Source of the DNA: Paludibacter sp. | GTDB lineage: Bacteria; Bacteroidota; Bacteroidia; Bacteroidales; Paludibacteraceae | Direction of reading: 5' to 3' | Assembly (NCBI GenBank): GCA_010365115.1 | Contig: JAAFGX010000004.1 | Location: forward strand, 14,027 to 78,026 | Length of the DNA stretch: 64,000 nucleotides | Shown: one piece after another, positions 52,343-61,647 of the stretch | Layout of the letters: each line of letters opens with the position of its first letter | Numbering within the stretch: the first letter of the stretch is position 1 | Position numbers and translations under genes: made by a program | Notes under the pieces: model-generated | What the model was told of the DNA's origin: nothing | Seen by the model: only the letters and a program-made list of their open reading frames with translations | The model's database searches: none

Positions 52343-54115
52343 TTACTTCCACTCAGTAGCATCGCTACTAGTTGCTTTTCCGCTTGTGTTGTAGGCCCAG
52401 ATCATCCTTTTTTTCAACCATTCGTTATTTTTATATGCTCCCAAACGTTCTAATTCTTTACGGTTATATTTATCCTCAGTTTCAGGATCGTAATTCAACC
52501 GCATTACCCATGCGTTGGGAGAAAGTTCAGCATCTTGCCCAATAGCATCCGACTGCAACCAATAGGGTTCGTACAAATTGTAAGGACGACGGAGTGAGTA
52601 TTCTACAGTAAAATCAGCTGGTTTGAAAGTTGTTCCTGTCCCTTTGTGGCAAGTAGTTACTGTGTACACTTCTATGTTGTCATATTTTATACCATTTGTT
52701 TTGCTACTATAATTATAACGGCGCATGTCGTTCCACTGTTCAGGTTGCAAGTACATTGTTACATATTTTTGCTGCATCAGGTTGGCAATAGTGAAAGAAG
52801 CTGCACCTGGCAGGCGAACATCAAAGAAAAGCTCGTAACGTAATACGGCATTATTTCCATCTACAGCCGCTATAGGCTTCTTAACGTCTAAACGTTCAAA
52901 ATTACGAAGTACTGCTTGCTTGGTGGTATTATAAGCCGCCGGTTTGTCGCCTGACCAATATTCCGCTTCAGCTTTGATAAACAACAATTCTTCATCTGTT
53001 ATTAAAGCAATGTAACCATTGTTGGTAGTGTAAGGATTATGTCCGCTTGGAGCAAATAAGTCGGGGTAGTGGGTAACTTTCAAAGAAGTTTCCATGCCGA
53101 TATTGCTTTCTAAGAAACGTAGAGCTTCACTTCCGGTGGCTCCTGTACCTCGCATTGTCATTAGTTTTTCAGCACGTGGATCTAACGCCGAAAGTCGGTT
53201 AGATTTTCTATCGGGATATGCTCCTAATATTGCATATCCAAAAAACTTAGTTGGCATCGATGTAGCCAAACGGTTTCCACGACTTTCCCAAGCATTGATA
53301 ATGGGTGCAGATGATCCCCATGGACAATTTTGTTCGTTTGTTCCACCAGTATATTGGTAATGCGGTTCTTCCCAATCTGGATCATTCAATATTTCAGTTA
53401 CCATACCTGCAATTTTATTGGAAACATCAGGCGTGTTTTCCCAATTAGGTAATTTCCGTAACCATAAACGAGCACGTAAAGCCTTCGTATAAAGTCCCCA
53501 TTTTTTAATGTCTCCTTTGTAAATACGATCCATCTTTTCAGTAATCGGGATGTTGTTGACATTGTTCACCCATGCATCGTTTTCATACAATGCTACTAAT
53601 TCATCTGCTTCCTTAAACATCCAATCGTATATTTCTTCTTGCGAATCGTAAGAAGGCGAAGTTGAAGTGTAAGCGTTGGAACGTGGCATAGGACCAAAAA
53701 CGTCTGTCGTGAACATAGTAGATTGAAGCATAATGGTCCGCCCAATAAGAATAAAGTTCTTCGAATCAATTTTTTCGGCAGCTCGTATCATTTCATTGAT
53801 GTTCGCACCTAAATCGTAAAAATGTCTACGCCATTGTGGATGACGATTCATCGAGAGAAATTCCCAGCCAGCACTATATGCAAAATTGCTTGTCTGACTT
53901 TTCGAGGGCGTAGTGAGTGCCTGTGAGAGATAAACACTGTATTCTGCATGATCATATACTTGTTGCGAAGCATAAAAGCATGCAGTAGGCAATGCCTGAT
54001 CTACTGTAATTGACGTAGGGCTGTCCTTACTTGTATTTACGTCTAGGAAATTATCGCAGCCGGTAAATACAAATATAAGGAGAAGACTCAATGTTATATA
54101 TAGGATATTTTTCAT
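52343..54115 (-). CDS. susD: SusD/RagB family nutrient-binding lipoprotein
   Basis: FTGCDNFLDVN lipobox, TDVFGPMP, YDSQEEIY, EELLFIKAEA, QKYV..EQWNDMRR. Confidence 0.92.
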   Translation of the reverse strand: MKNILYITLSLLLIFVFTGCDNFLDVNTSKDSPTSITVDQALPTACFYASQQVYDHAEYSVYLSQALTTPSKSQTSNFAYSAGWEFLSMNRHPQWRRHFYDLGANINEMIRAAEKIDSKNFILIGRTIMLQSTMFTTDVFGPMPRSNAYTSTSPSYDSQEEIYDWMFKEADELVALYENDAWVNNVNNIPITEKMDRIYKGDIKKWGLYTKALRARLWLRKLPNWENTPDVSNKIAGMVTEILNDPDWEEPHYQYTGGTNEQNCPWGSSAPIINAWESRGNRLATSMPTKFFGYAILGAYPDRKSNRLSALDPRAEKLMTMRGTGATGSEALRFLESNIGMETSLKVTHYPDLFAPSGHNPYTTNNGYIALITDEELLFIKAEAEYWSGDKPAAYNTTKQAVLRNFERLDVKKPIAAVDGNNAVLRYELFFDVRLPGAASFTIANLMQQKYVTMYLQPEQWNDMRRYNYSSKTNGIKYDNIEVYTVTTCHKGTGTTFKPADFTVEYSLRRPYNLYEPYWLQSDAIGQDAELSPNAWVMRLNYDPETEDKYNRKELERLGAYKNNEWLKKRMIWAYNTSGKATSSDATEWK

Positions 54116-54144
54116 TTTTATAATATTATGAGTGAATAAACTTT

Positions 54145-57100
54145 TTAAAAGGTAGCAGTGAGGCCAAAATTGAAACTCATTGTGTTTGGCACTGCATAAT
54201 TATCGATGCCCGCCGAACCAGTACCTCCAGCACCAATACTAGCATTGGATGTAGGGTCAGCACCTGTATATCTGGTCAATAAAAATAAATTATTTCCTGT
54301 GAAAGTACAACGCAAACCTCTGATGGCGGTTTTTTTCACAAATTTAGATAAATCGTACCCCAAGGTCACATAACTCAGGCGAATATAAGAACCATCTTCC
54401 ACAAAGTTAGAACTAACACTGTTGAAGTAATTGGTAATGGTTTGGTGATCGAGTGTGATTGCTTTTGTGTTTGGCAAGTAAGTACCATCTTCTTGTTTCA
54501 CGACTCCATCTACTACAATTTGTCTTCCACGATAAGTTTCGAGCATTTTGCTTTGACCGTTCGAGATAAGACCACGTCCTGTTACATTTACTACATCACC
54601 GCCTAAACGTCCGTCGAAAAGGAAACCCAAAGATAAGTTTTTGTAGTTGATGGTATTGGACAGACCAGCCCGGAATAGTGGCTCACGATTCCCTATGTAT
54701 TGGTTTTTGTTCGGATTTATTTGAGGATATCCGTCAGAGCCACAAATAATTATACCATCATCAGTACGTAAATAATCCTTGCCCGAAAGTCCAGTAGTGG
54801 AACCTCCCAAATAGGCTGAAGGATAAATGTCGCCATATTGACCGTTAGTGATTTCAGCTACGTTATCAGGAAGGCTAACAACTTTACCTCGATTCAAACC
54901 AAAGTTCAGGGTAGTCGTCCATCTGAAATCACGGGTTTTAAAGATATCCTGATCTAATGTAAATTCTAATCCTTCATTTCGAATTGAACCTTCATTCCTT
55001 GTCTGCAAAATATACCCCGATGAAGGTGATACACGAACGGTTACAATCTGGTTGTCTACTTGAACCGAGTAATAAGCTAAGTCTAAGCGGGTACGGTTAT
55101 CAAAGAAACGCATATCAAGTCCAACTTCCCAAGAATAAGACATTTCTGGTTGTAAATTTATATCGGCAGAAGATAAAGTAGGATCTATTCCATAGCCATT
55201 ATCTGGGAAGGTAGCAAATTGTTTGAATCTCCGGTCGTACAAGTTAGCAGGTGCGTCCTTTCCAACCACGGCGTAATTTCCACGAATTTTACCATAATTG
55301 AAAACATCACTTGTCATCCCGAACAATTCAGAGAAAAGTAATCCTGCTGTAATTGATGGATAATAGTACGGATTCTTGATAATGGTTGAAGACCAGTCCC
55401 AACGACTTGTTAAACTAAGTGATGCTAAGCCTTTATAATCTCCACGAACTTCACCAAAATAACCATACATTCGTTTCATACTGTGACCAGAAGTGCGGTC
55501 GCTCAAATACAGATAAGCACTATTTGTGTTGCTCAAACTGTAAGTGCCCGGGATAATAAAATCTCGACCATCATTAGACATGGAGAAACCTTCCTGCATT
55601 CTCATCTCTGTTCCAGCTAAGAAGTCAACGTTAATTTCACTGGGAAGTTCTAATTTATAAGTGGCTATAGCAGATGCTGTAAGTAACTGGCTACGTCCAC
55701 TATAAGCACTGTAAGAACCTAATAAATCTTTGTCCATATCTTCAACGTTCTTACTCGAGAGATAGGGGGTGTTTTCTTGTTTATCCAAAAAATCGAGATA
55801 GTTGTTCATTGCTGCATCATAATTTTCAATATCAGCAGGTGTAGGATTCTCCGGTAATGCTTCAGGTTGTGCTATATTTGGGAATATAACTGAATCATCC
55901 CAGCGTGGTAAACTATAACCATCAGAGGAACTTGTACTTGTATCATAACTAACTCTACCGGTCAAGTCGAAATTTTTTATGGGTTTCCAATTGACCGAAC
56001 CATTCAAGATATTACGTAGTTTATTGTTGACTCCATAATCGTTATAACGCGAATAAAGAGGACTCATTGGTGAACTGTATTTATTTACATCATTGTAATA
56101 TAGAAAACGAGGATAGCCGTTTGTCAGTTGATAATTGGTTATATCATCGTTAATAGGCCAATTATATACCGACGACATTCCTGAAGAACTGAATGAGCGA
56201 GAACTATTTTCCTGAATATTTGCCGAGAATGTAAATGCGAGTGTTTTAGACGGTTGGTAAGTGGCTTTAAGTAAAACTCCTATTTTATTCAAATAATCGT
56301 TTGGAACTATACCATCGTTTCTTGAATAATTGACAGAAGAGTATGCCTGAAACTTTTCGCTACCACCTGTAAGGCTAATGTCGTATTTTTGATAAAAACC
56401 ATCTTTTAGAAAATTATTTACATTGTTGTAAATTTTTTCATCTTTGTTCAATAAAGGACCCCAGCCACCCATGGCTTTATCCACGTAGAAGCCTTGTGAG
56501 CCTGGCGCATAACTCGTTTGTAGTTGTTGTAAACGAGTAGGCATATCATATTGCCAGCTTGTGTTCACCGTAGTACTAATTTTACCTACTTGTCCTTTTT
56601 TAGTGGTAATCATAATAACACCATTGGCAGCATCCTGACCATAAAGAGCAGCTGCAGCAGCACCTTTCAGTACAGTAACGTTTTCTATGTCATTGGGATT
56701 AATGTCGGCAGCTGCACTTCCTTTTCCTGCTATTGGCATACCGTCAAGGATAAACAATGGCTCATTGTTCTGTGAGTTATTAATCGATGAGATACCGCGT
56801 ATAATTACTTGAGTTCCCGCATTGGGCGACCCACCCGCATTAGTTACACTTAAACCGGCAATTTTCCCTTGAAGTGCATTGATGAAGTTAGGTGATTTAT
56901 TTTCAGTCAAAGCGTCTGCGTTAACGCTTTGAACGGCAAAGTTCATACGTTTTTTCTCTTGCCTGATACCCATAGCAGTTACCACAACCTCATCAATGGC
57001 TATTGCACTGGAAGCAAGTATTACATTTAAAGTGGTGGAAGCAGCAACTTTCTTTTCCAGCTTTTCCATACCAACGTAACTGAATACTAATGTGGCTCCG

Positions 57101-57297
57101 CTTGAAACAGAAAGGGAATAGACTCCATCAAAATTTGTAATTGTTCCGTTTGTTGTTCCTTTCTCAACTATTGATGCGCCAATTATCGGTAGACCATCTT
57201 CTTTAGCTGTTACAATTCCTGTTATGGTGAGTTTTTGACTATAACTAAATTGCAACGTGCAAATAAAAACTACAAATAAAAGAATGATTCTTTTCAT
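54145..57297 (-). CDS. susC: SusC/RagA family TonB-dependent transporter
   Basis: GTITNFDG, DEVVVTAMG, LQGKIAG, INPNDIENVTVLKGAAAAALYG..AANGVIMITTKKG, C-terminal F. Confidence 0.95.
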   Translation of the reverse strand: MKRIILLFVVFICTLQFSYSQKLTITGIVTAKEDGLPIIGASIVEKGTTNGTITNFDGVYSLSVSSGATLVFSYVGMEKLEKKVAASTTLNVILASSAIAIDEVVVTAMGIRQEKKRMNFAVQSVNADALTENKSPNFINALQGKIAGLSVTNAGGSPNAGTQVIIRGISSINNSQNNEPLFILDGMPIAGKGSAAADINPNDIENVTVLKGAAAAALYGQDAANGVIMITTKKGQVGKISTTVNTSWQYDMPTRLQQLQTSYAPGSQGFYVDKAMGGWGPLLNKDEKIYNNVNNFLKDGFYQKYDISLTGGSEKFQAYSSVNYSRNDGIVPNDYLNKIGVLLKATYQPSKTLAFTFSANIQENSSRSFSSSGMSSVYNWPINDDITNYQLTNGYPRFLYYNDVNKYSSPMSPLYSRYNDYGVNNKLRNILNGSVNWKPIKNFDLTGRVSYDTSTSSSDGYSLPRWDDSVIFPNIAQPEALPENPTPADIENYDAAMNNYLDFLDKQENTPYLSSKNVEDMDKDLLGSYSAYSGRSQLLTASAIATYKLELPSEINVDFLAGTEMRMQEGFSMSNDGRDFIIPGTYSLSNTNSAYLYLSDRTSGHSMKRMYGYFGEVRGDYKGLASLSLTSRWDWSSTIIKNPYYYPSITAGLLFSELFGMTSDVFNYGKIRGNYAVVGKDAPANLYDRRFKQFATFPDNGYGIDPTLSSADINLQPEMSYSWEVGLDMRFFDNRTRLDLAYYSVQVDNQIVTVRVSPSSGYILQTRNEGSIRNEGLEFTLDQDIFKTRDFRWTTTLNFGLNRGKVVSLPDNVAEITNGQYGDIYPSAYLGGSTTGLSGKDYLRTDDGIIICGSDGYPQINPNKNQYIGNREPLFRAGLSNTINYKNLSLGFLFDGRLGGDVVNVTGRGLISNGQSKMLETYRGRQIVVDGVVKQEDGTYLPNTKAITLDHQTITNYFNSVSSNFVEDGSYIRLSYVTLGYDLSKFVKKTAIRGLRCTFTGNNLFLLTRYTGADPTSNASIGAGGTGSAGIDNYAVPNTMSFNFGLTATF

Positions 57298-57401
57298 ATA
57301 ACTGATTTATTTGTTTGTAATAGAGTGTTTTTTGTATATACGAGTTATAAATATAAATAATTTGAAATAGGAAGTGCAAATAAACGAAAAAATGCTCAAC
57401 C

Positions 57402-57415
57402 TGCAAACGTTTGCA
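57402..57415. promoter_or_regulatory. Palindromic operator upstream of susC (LacI-type)
   Basis: Perfect palindrome TGCAAACGTTTGCA, identical to the site at 59471-59484. Confidence 0.75.
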
Positions 57416-57440
57416 TTAATGTTTTAAAACATAAAAACAG

Positions 57441-58319
57441 CTATACTCCATTTTGTAATCTAAACACATCTACAGCTTTTTTAACTGACCCGTGTATCAA
57501 TAAAATGCTCTTGGCTTGTTCATAGCTCAATCCCAACTCGTCAATAATCATACGTGCACCCCGATCTACAAGTTTTGCATTTGACAATTGCATATTCACC
57601 ATTTTATTCCCTTTTACACGCCCCAATTTTATCATCGTAACAGTTGTAATCAGGTTCAGAATAAGCTTTTGAGCTGTTCCTGATTTCAACCGGGTGCTTC
57701 CGGTAACAAACTCAGGTCCAACAATTGCTTCAATTCTAATTTCTGCCTCCCTGGCTATTGGAGAATCAGGGTTGCACGAAACCGAAGCCGTCAGTATCCC
57801 ATTGGCCCGAGCGTTACGTAAAGCTCCTATCACATAAGGAGTTGTGCCAGAAGCCGCTATTCCAATAACTGTATCATTCTGATTTACATTATGTTCTACA
57901 AGTTCTTCCCAACCTCTGTCTAAATCATCTTCTGCATTTTCAACCGGATTTCGCAAAGCAACATCGCCACCTGCGATCAAACCAACTACCAAATGTGGAG
58001 GCATTCCAAAAGTGGGAGGAATTTCCGATGCATCCAAAACACCTAAACGCCCGCTAGTTCCTGCACCCATATAAAAAATACGTCCTCCACTTTGCATGCG
58101 CACCACTATTTTCTCAACTAATTCTTCTATTTGTGGCAGTGCTTTCGATACTGCCAAAGGAACCTTTAAATCTTCTTCATTCATTTCAGAAAGCAGATCA
58201 TGAACCGATTTCTTATCCAAATTCTCATGAAGCGAACTTTGTTCTGTTACTTTTATAAAAGTACCTTTAACCCCCGAAGTGGAAGTGGAACTTGTATCGT
58301 ATTCTTTATTTTTAATCAT
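57441..58319 (-). CDS. murQ: N-acetylmuramic acid 6-phosphate etherase
   Basis: GAGTSGRLGVLDASEIPPTF, AASGTTPYV, GPEFVTGSTRLKSGTAQK, GNKMV..SNAKL. Confidence 0.96.
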   Translation of the reverse strand: MIKNKEYDTSSTSTSGVKGTFIKVTEQSSLHENLDKKSVHDLLSEMNEEDLKVPLAVSKALPQIEELVEKIVVRMQSGGRIFYMGAGTSGRLGVLDASEIPPTFGMPPHLVVGLIAGGDVALRNPVENAEDDLDRGWEELVEHNVNQNDTVIGIAASGTTPYVIGALRNARANGILTASVSCNPDSPIAREAEIRIEAIVGPEFVTGSTRLKSGTAQKLILNLITTVTMIKLGRVKGNKMVNMQLSNAKLVDRGARMIIDELGLSYEQAKSILLIHGSVKKAVDVFRLQNGV

Positions 58320-58536
58320 GTATGCTTTTTATAACAGTAGTAATAATCTTATTTCACGTTAGTATTTAATCTTTCTAATTGATACATCTTTTGGCACAAT
58401 ATAAATTATTTTGACACACTACAAAAATTGTAAATAATGGATAATCAACTTAATATAAAATTATCTTTCAAGAAAATTGTCTTTATTCATTTGTCTAAAA
58501 TTTTTGCTCTATGTTCTGGCTTGCCCAGGTTAGTGG

Positions 58537-59373
58537 TTATTTATGATATTCAACTAATCCGTCCATAGGACTTTGTACGATTTTACCTATTGTCAATCCA
58601 TGCTCCGAAGCAACTATTTCAAGTGTGTTACTAAAAAAGAATGCAACTGAACCTATGAAACTTACCGAAACTTGTTCGCAATTATTATATTGCTTTACAT
58701 TTCTAACAAAAAAAGCATCAAAACTGTTGTAAACGATGTTAAAAATAGCTGGGTTATCAATGTTTTGTAACAAAAAAGGACTTAATTTAGCCAAAAAACG
58801 ATTCGGAAATGGCTTTTTATAAACATTCTCGAGAATAATAGCCGGAGTAAGGTTATACTCTGACAATAATTTATCTTTTAATTTTGTAGAAAGCTGATTT
58901 TTCAAACAATCGGCTATCAGAATTTTGCCTAATACCGCTCCACTGCCTTCGTCACCAAGAATGAATCCCAAAGGAGATACGTTCTCTACTATATCTTTTC
59001 CATCATATAAACAAGAATTAGAACCGGTACCAAGTATACATGCAATTCCTTTATTATTGCCAAATAATGAACGGGCCGCTCCCAATAAATCACTTTGAAC
59101 TTCGATCGGAATATTTTTGAAAAATCGACCCAATGCATTGCTTAGAATTGCTTTTTTATCAGGGAAAGAACATCCTGCACCATAAAAATAGATACAATCA
59201 ATCTGAATTCCTATCAATTGAGGAATTAGAACTAATTCCAATTCTCTAGTAATCTCTTCTTCTGTTTGATAAAAAGGGTTAATTCCTTTTGTGAAAATAT
59301 GTTTAACAAGACCCGAATTTTCATTCAGACACCAATGAGTTTTCGTCGATCCACTGTCGGCAATTAGCATCAT
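58537..59373 (-). CDS. BadF/BcrA-type amino-sugar kinase, probable MurNAc/GlcNAc kinase (MurK-like)
   Basis: IADSGSTKT, YGAGC, ILGTGSNS, LGDEGSG; directly upstream of murQ. Confidence 0.8.
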   Translation of the reverse strand: MMLIADSGSTKTHWCLNENSGLVKHIFTKGINPFYQTEEEITRELELVLIPQLIGIQIDCIYFYGAGCSFPDKKAILSNALGRFFKNIPIEVQSDLLGAARSLFGNNKGIACILGTGSNSCLYDGKDIVENVSPLGFILGDEGSGAVLGKILIADCLKNQLSTKLKDKLLSEYNLTPAIILENVYKKPFPNRFLAKLSPFLLQNIDNPAIFNIVYNSFDAFFVRNVKQYNNCEQVSVSFIGSVAFFFSNTLEIVASEHGLTIGKIVQSPMDGLVEYHK

Positions 59374-59469
59374 AATGTATATATTTTACTATTATTAATT
59401 AAATGTCACCACAAATTAAAGCAAAAAGGTTGACTTGACCAAAGAAAAAAGACAAAATAACGAAATTTT

Positions 59470-59520
59470 ATGCAAACGTTTGCATTAAATTTGAGATTTG
59501 AGAATATTTTATTACTTTTG
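59470..59520 (+). promoter_or_regulatory. Operator plus promoter of the nagB-like gene
   Basis: 16-bp palindrome ATGCAAACGTTTGCAT (59470-59485), then TTTG (59490-59493), 19 nt spacer, TACTTTTG (59513-59520). Confidence 0.78.
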
Positions 59521-59556
59521 ACATCAAATTATTGACACAAATAAAAACAAAGAGTC

Positions 59557-61542
59557 ATGAAAACAAATCTTAGTTCTCATATAACTTTAACCCGCATTCC
59601 TAAAAAATACTTTCAACCAGAAGATGTTTTTGAATTATCACGTGTAACCCGATTTGAGAAAATTTCCACTGAAATTTTTGATAATGAAGCAGTTGGAGCA
59701 GTTCATGTTGCCAATGAAATTGCAACACTTATTGTAGAGAAAAATGCACTCGGCGCAAAATGTATAATTGGATTGACAAATGGCAAAACCCATGTAGGGA
59801 TTTACGCCGAACTTGTCCGTTTGCATAAAATGGAAGGATTAAGTTTCAAAAATGTCATTTTTGTCAATCTATTCGAATTCTATCCATTGAATAAAACTTC
59901 AAAAGGTTGTCTGTGGAAATTAAAAGAACTTCTATTCAATCACATTGATGTATTGCCGGAAAATATATATTCGCCTGACATCACCGTTGATAAATCGCAA
60001 ATAATAAATGAATGTAAGAATTACGAGCAAAAGATAGCCGAGTTGGGAGGAATAGATTTCCAGATTTTAGGTATTGGACGTTCTGGAAACATTGGGATTA
60101 ACGAACCCGGATCTCAATTAAATTCTTCAACACGACTCATTCTTCTGGATGATTTATCGCGCAAAGATGCTTCCGAATTATTTGGCAGTATTGAATTAGT
60201 GCCAATTAGTGCAGTAACCCTAGGAGTTGGAACTATTCTAAAAGCAAAAAGAGTTGTATTAATTGCTTGGGGCGAACATAAATCGTCCGTCATTAAAAGT
60301 GCTATTGAAGGAAGCATAACTGATGCACTTCCTGCTTCCTATCTTCAAACACATTCAAATGTAAAAATCAGCATTGATTTATCTGCCGCCAGTGAGTTGA
60401 CCCGAATAAGCCGACCTTGGTTAGTTACTTCGTGCGAGTGGGATGAAAAACTGATTCGTCGCGCCATCGTTTGGCTGTGTACAAATATCAAAAAGCCAAT
60501 TTTAAAACTCACTAACAAGGATTATAATGAAAACGGACTAAGTGAATTATTGGCTATTTATGGCTCTGCCTATAATGTAAACATCCGAATTTTCAACGAT
60601 TTGCAGCATACAATTACAGGCTGGCCAGGAGGTAAACCAAATGCAGACGATACCAACCGACCCGAAAGAGCGTACCCATATCCAAAAAACATCCTGATAT
60701 TCAGTCCGCATCCCGACGATGATGTAATTTCGATGGGCGGAACATTTAAGCGGCTAATTGATCAAAAACACAATGTGCATGTTGCCTATCAGACTTCTGG
60801 GAATATAGCAGTTGCCGACGACGAAGTAATCCGTTTTTTATCCTTCCTGAAAGGTTTTAAAGAAATGTTTGATACCGACAACGAAGTATTGGGAGCGAAA
60901 TACGAGGAGTTTAAACAGTTTTTACTTCATGACAAAAAAGATGGAGATTTAGACACACTTCAGATTTTAGAGTTAAAAGCACTCATCCGTAGAGGCGAAG
61001 CAAAAGCAGCTTGTCGTTATATTAATTTACCTTCGAAAAACATACATTTTTTAAACCTTCCATTTTACGAAACCGGAACAATAAAAAAAGGAGCAATTTC
61101 TATCGCCGATGTAGAAATTATTAAAAATTTATTGGCAGAATTAAAACCGCATCAAATATATGTGGCTGGCGATTTGGCCGATCCCCATGGGACTCATAAG
61201 GTTTGCCTGGATGCCGCACTGGCAGCAATCGATGAAATGAAAAAGGAAGATTGGATGAAAGATTGCAGAATCTGGATGTATCGTGGCGCCTGGAAAGAAT
61301 GGGAAATTGACCATATAGAAATGGCCGTGCCTATTAGCCCTGAAGAACTTAGAAACAAACGAAATGCAATTCTTCGTCATCAGTCTCAGATGGAAAGTGC
61401 TCCATTTATGGGCAATGATGAACGATTGTTCTGGCAACGTTCGGAAGATAGAAACCGTGCAACCGCAGAACTTTATTCACAATTGGGACTAGCATCCTAC
61501 GAAGCCATTGAAGCATTTGTACAATACCAAATAGAACCCTAA
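59557..61542 (+). CDS. Glucosamine-6-phosphate deaminase-like domain fused to a PIG-L/LmbE de-N-acetylase domain
   Basis: NagB fold (GGIDFQILGIG..GNIGINEPG, PASYLQTH) with altered catalytic motifs; C-terminal SPHPDDDVI and DPHGTH motifs. Confidence 0.88.
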   Translation: MKTNLSSHITLTRIPKKYFQPEDVFELSRVTRFEKISTEIFDNEAVGAVHVANEIATLIVEKNALGAKCIIGLTNGKTHVGIYAELVRLHKMEGLSFKNVIFVNLFEFYPLNKTSKGCLWKLKELLFNHIDVLPENIYSPDITVDKSQIINECKNYEQKIAELGGIDFQILGIGRSGNIGINEPGSQLNSSTRLILLDDLSRKDASELFGSIELVPISAVTLGVGTILKAKRVVLIAWGEHKSSVIKSAIEGSITDALPASYLQTHSNVKISIDLSAASELTRISRPWLVTSCEWDEKLIRRAIVWLCTNIKKPILKLTNKDYNENGLSELLAIYGSAYNVNIRIFNDLQHTITGWPGGKPNADDTNRPERAYPYPKNILIFSPHPDDDVISMGGTFKRLIDQKHNVHVAYQTSGNIAVADDEVIRFLSFLKGFKEMFDTDNEVLGAKYEEFKQFLLHDKKDGDLDTLQILELKALIRRGEAKAACRYINLPSKNIHFLNLPFYETGTIKKGAISIADVEIIKNLLAELKPHQIYVAGDLADPHGTHKVCLDAALAAIDEMKKEDWMKDCRIWMYRGAWKEWEIDHIEMAVPISPEELRNKRNAILRHQSQMESAPFMGNDERLFWQRSEDRNRATAELYSQLGLASYEAIEAFVQYQIEP

Positions 61543-61647
61543 CCCCCAAAGGGGAATAAGAAATATTATAACTGATTGAAAAAAACATAACAATATGAAA
61601 AATAAGGATAACGATACTAACTTCAACTCCCCTTTAGGGGTTGTGGG
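61537..61647. repeat. Inverted pair of junction repeats
   Basis: CCCTAACCCCCAAAGGGGAA (61537-61556, contains the stop) and CTCCCCTTTAGGGGTTGTGGG (61627-61647, inside the next CDS). Confidence 0.8.
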
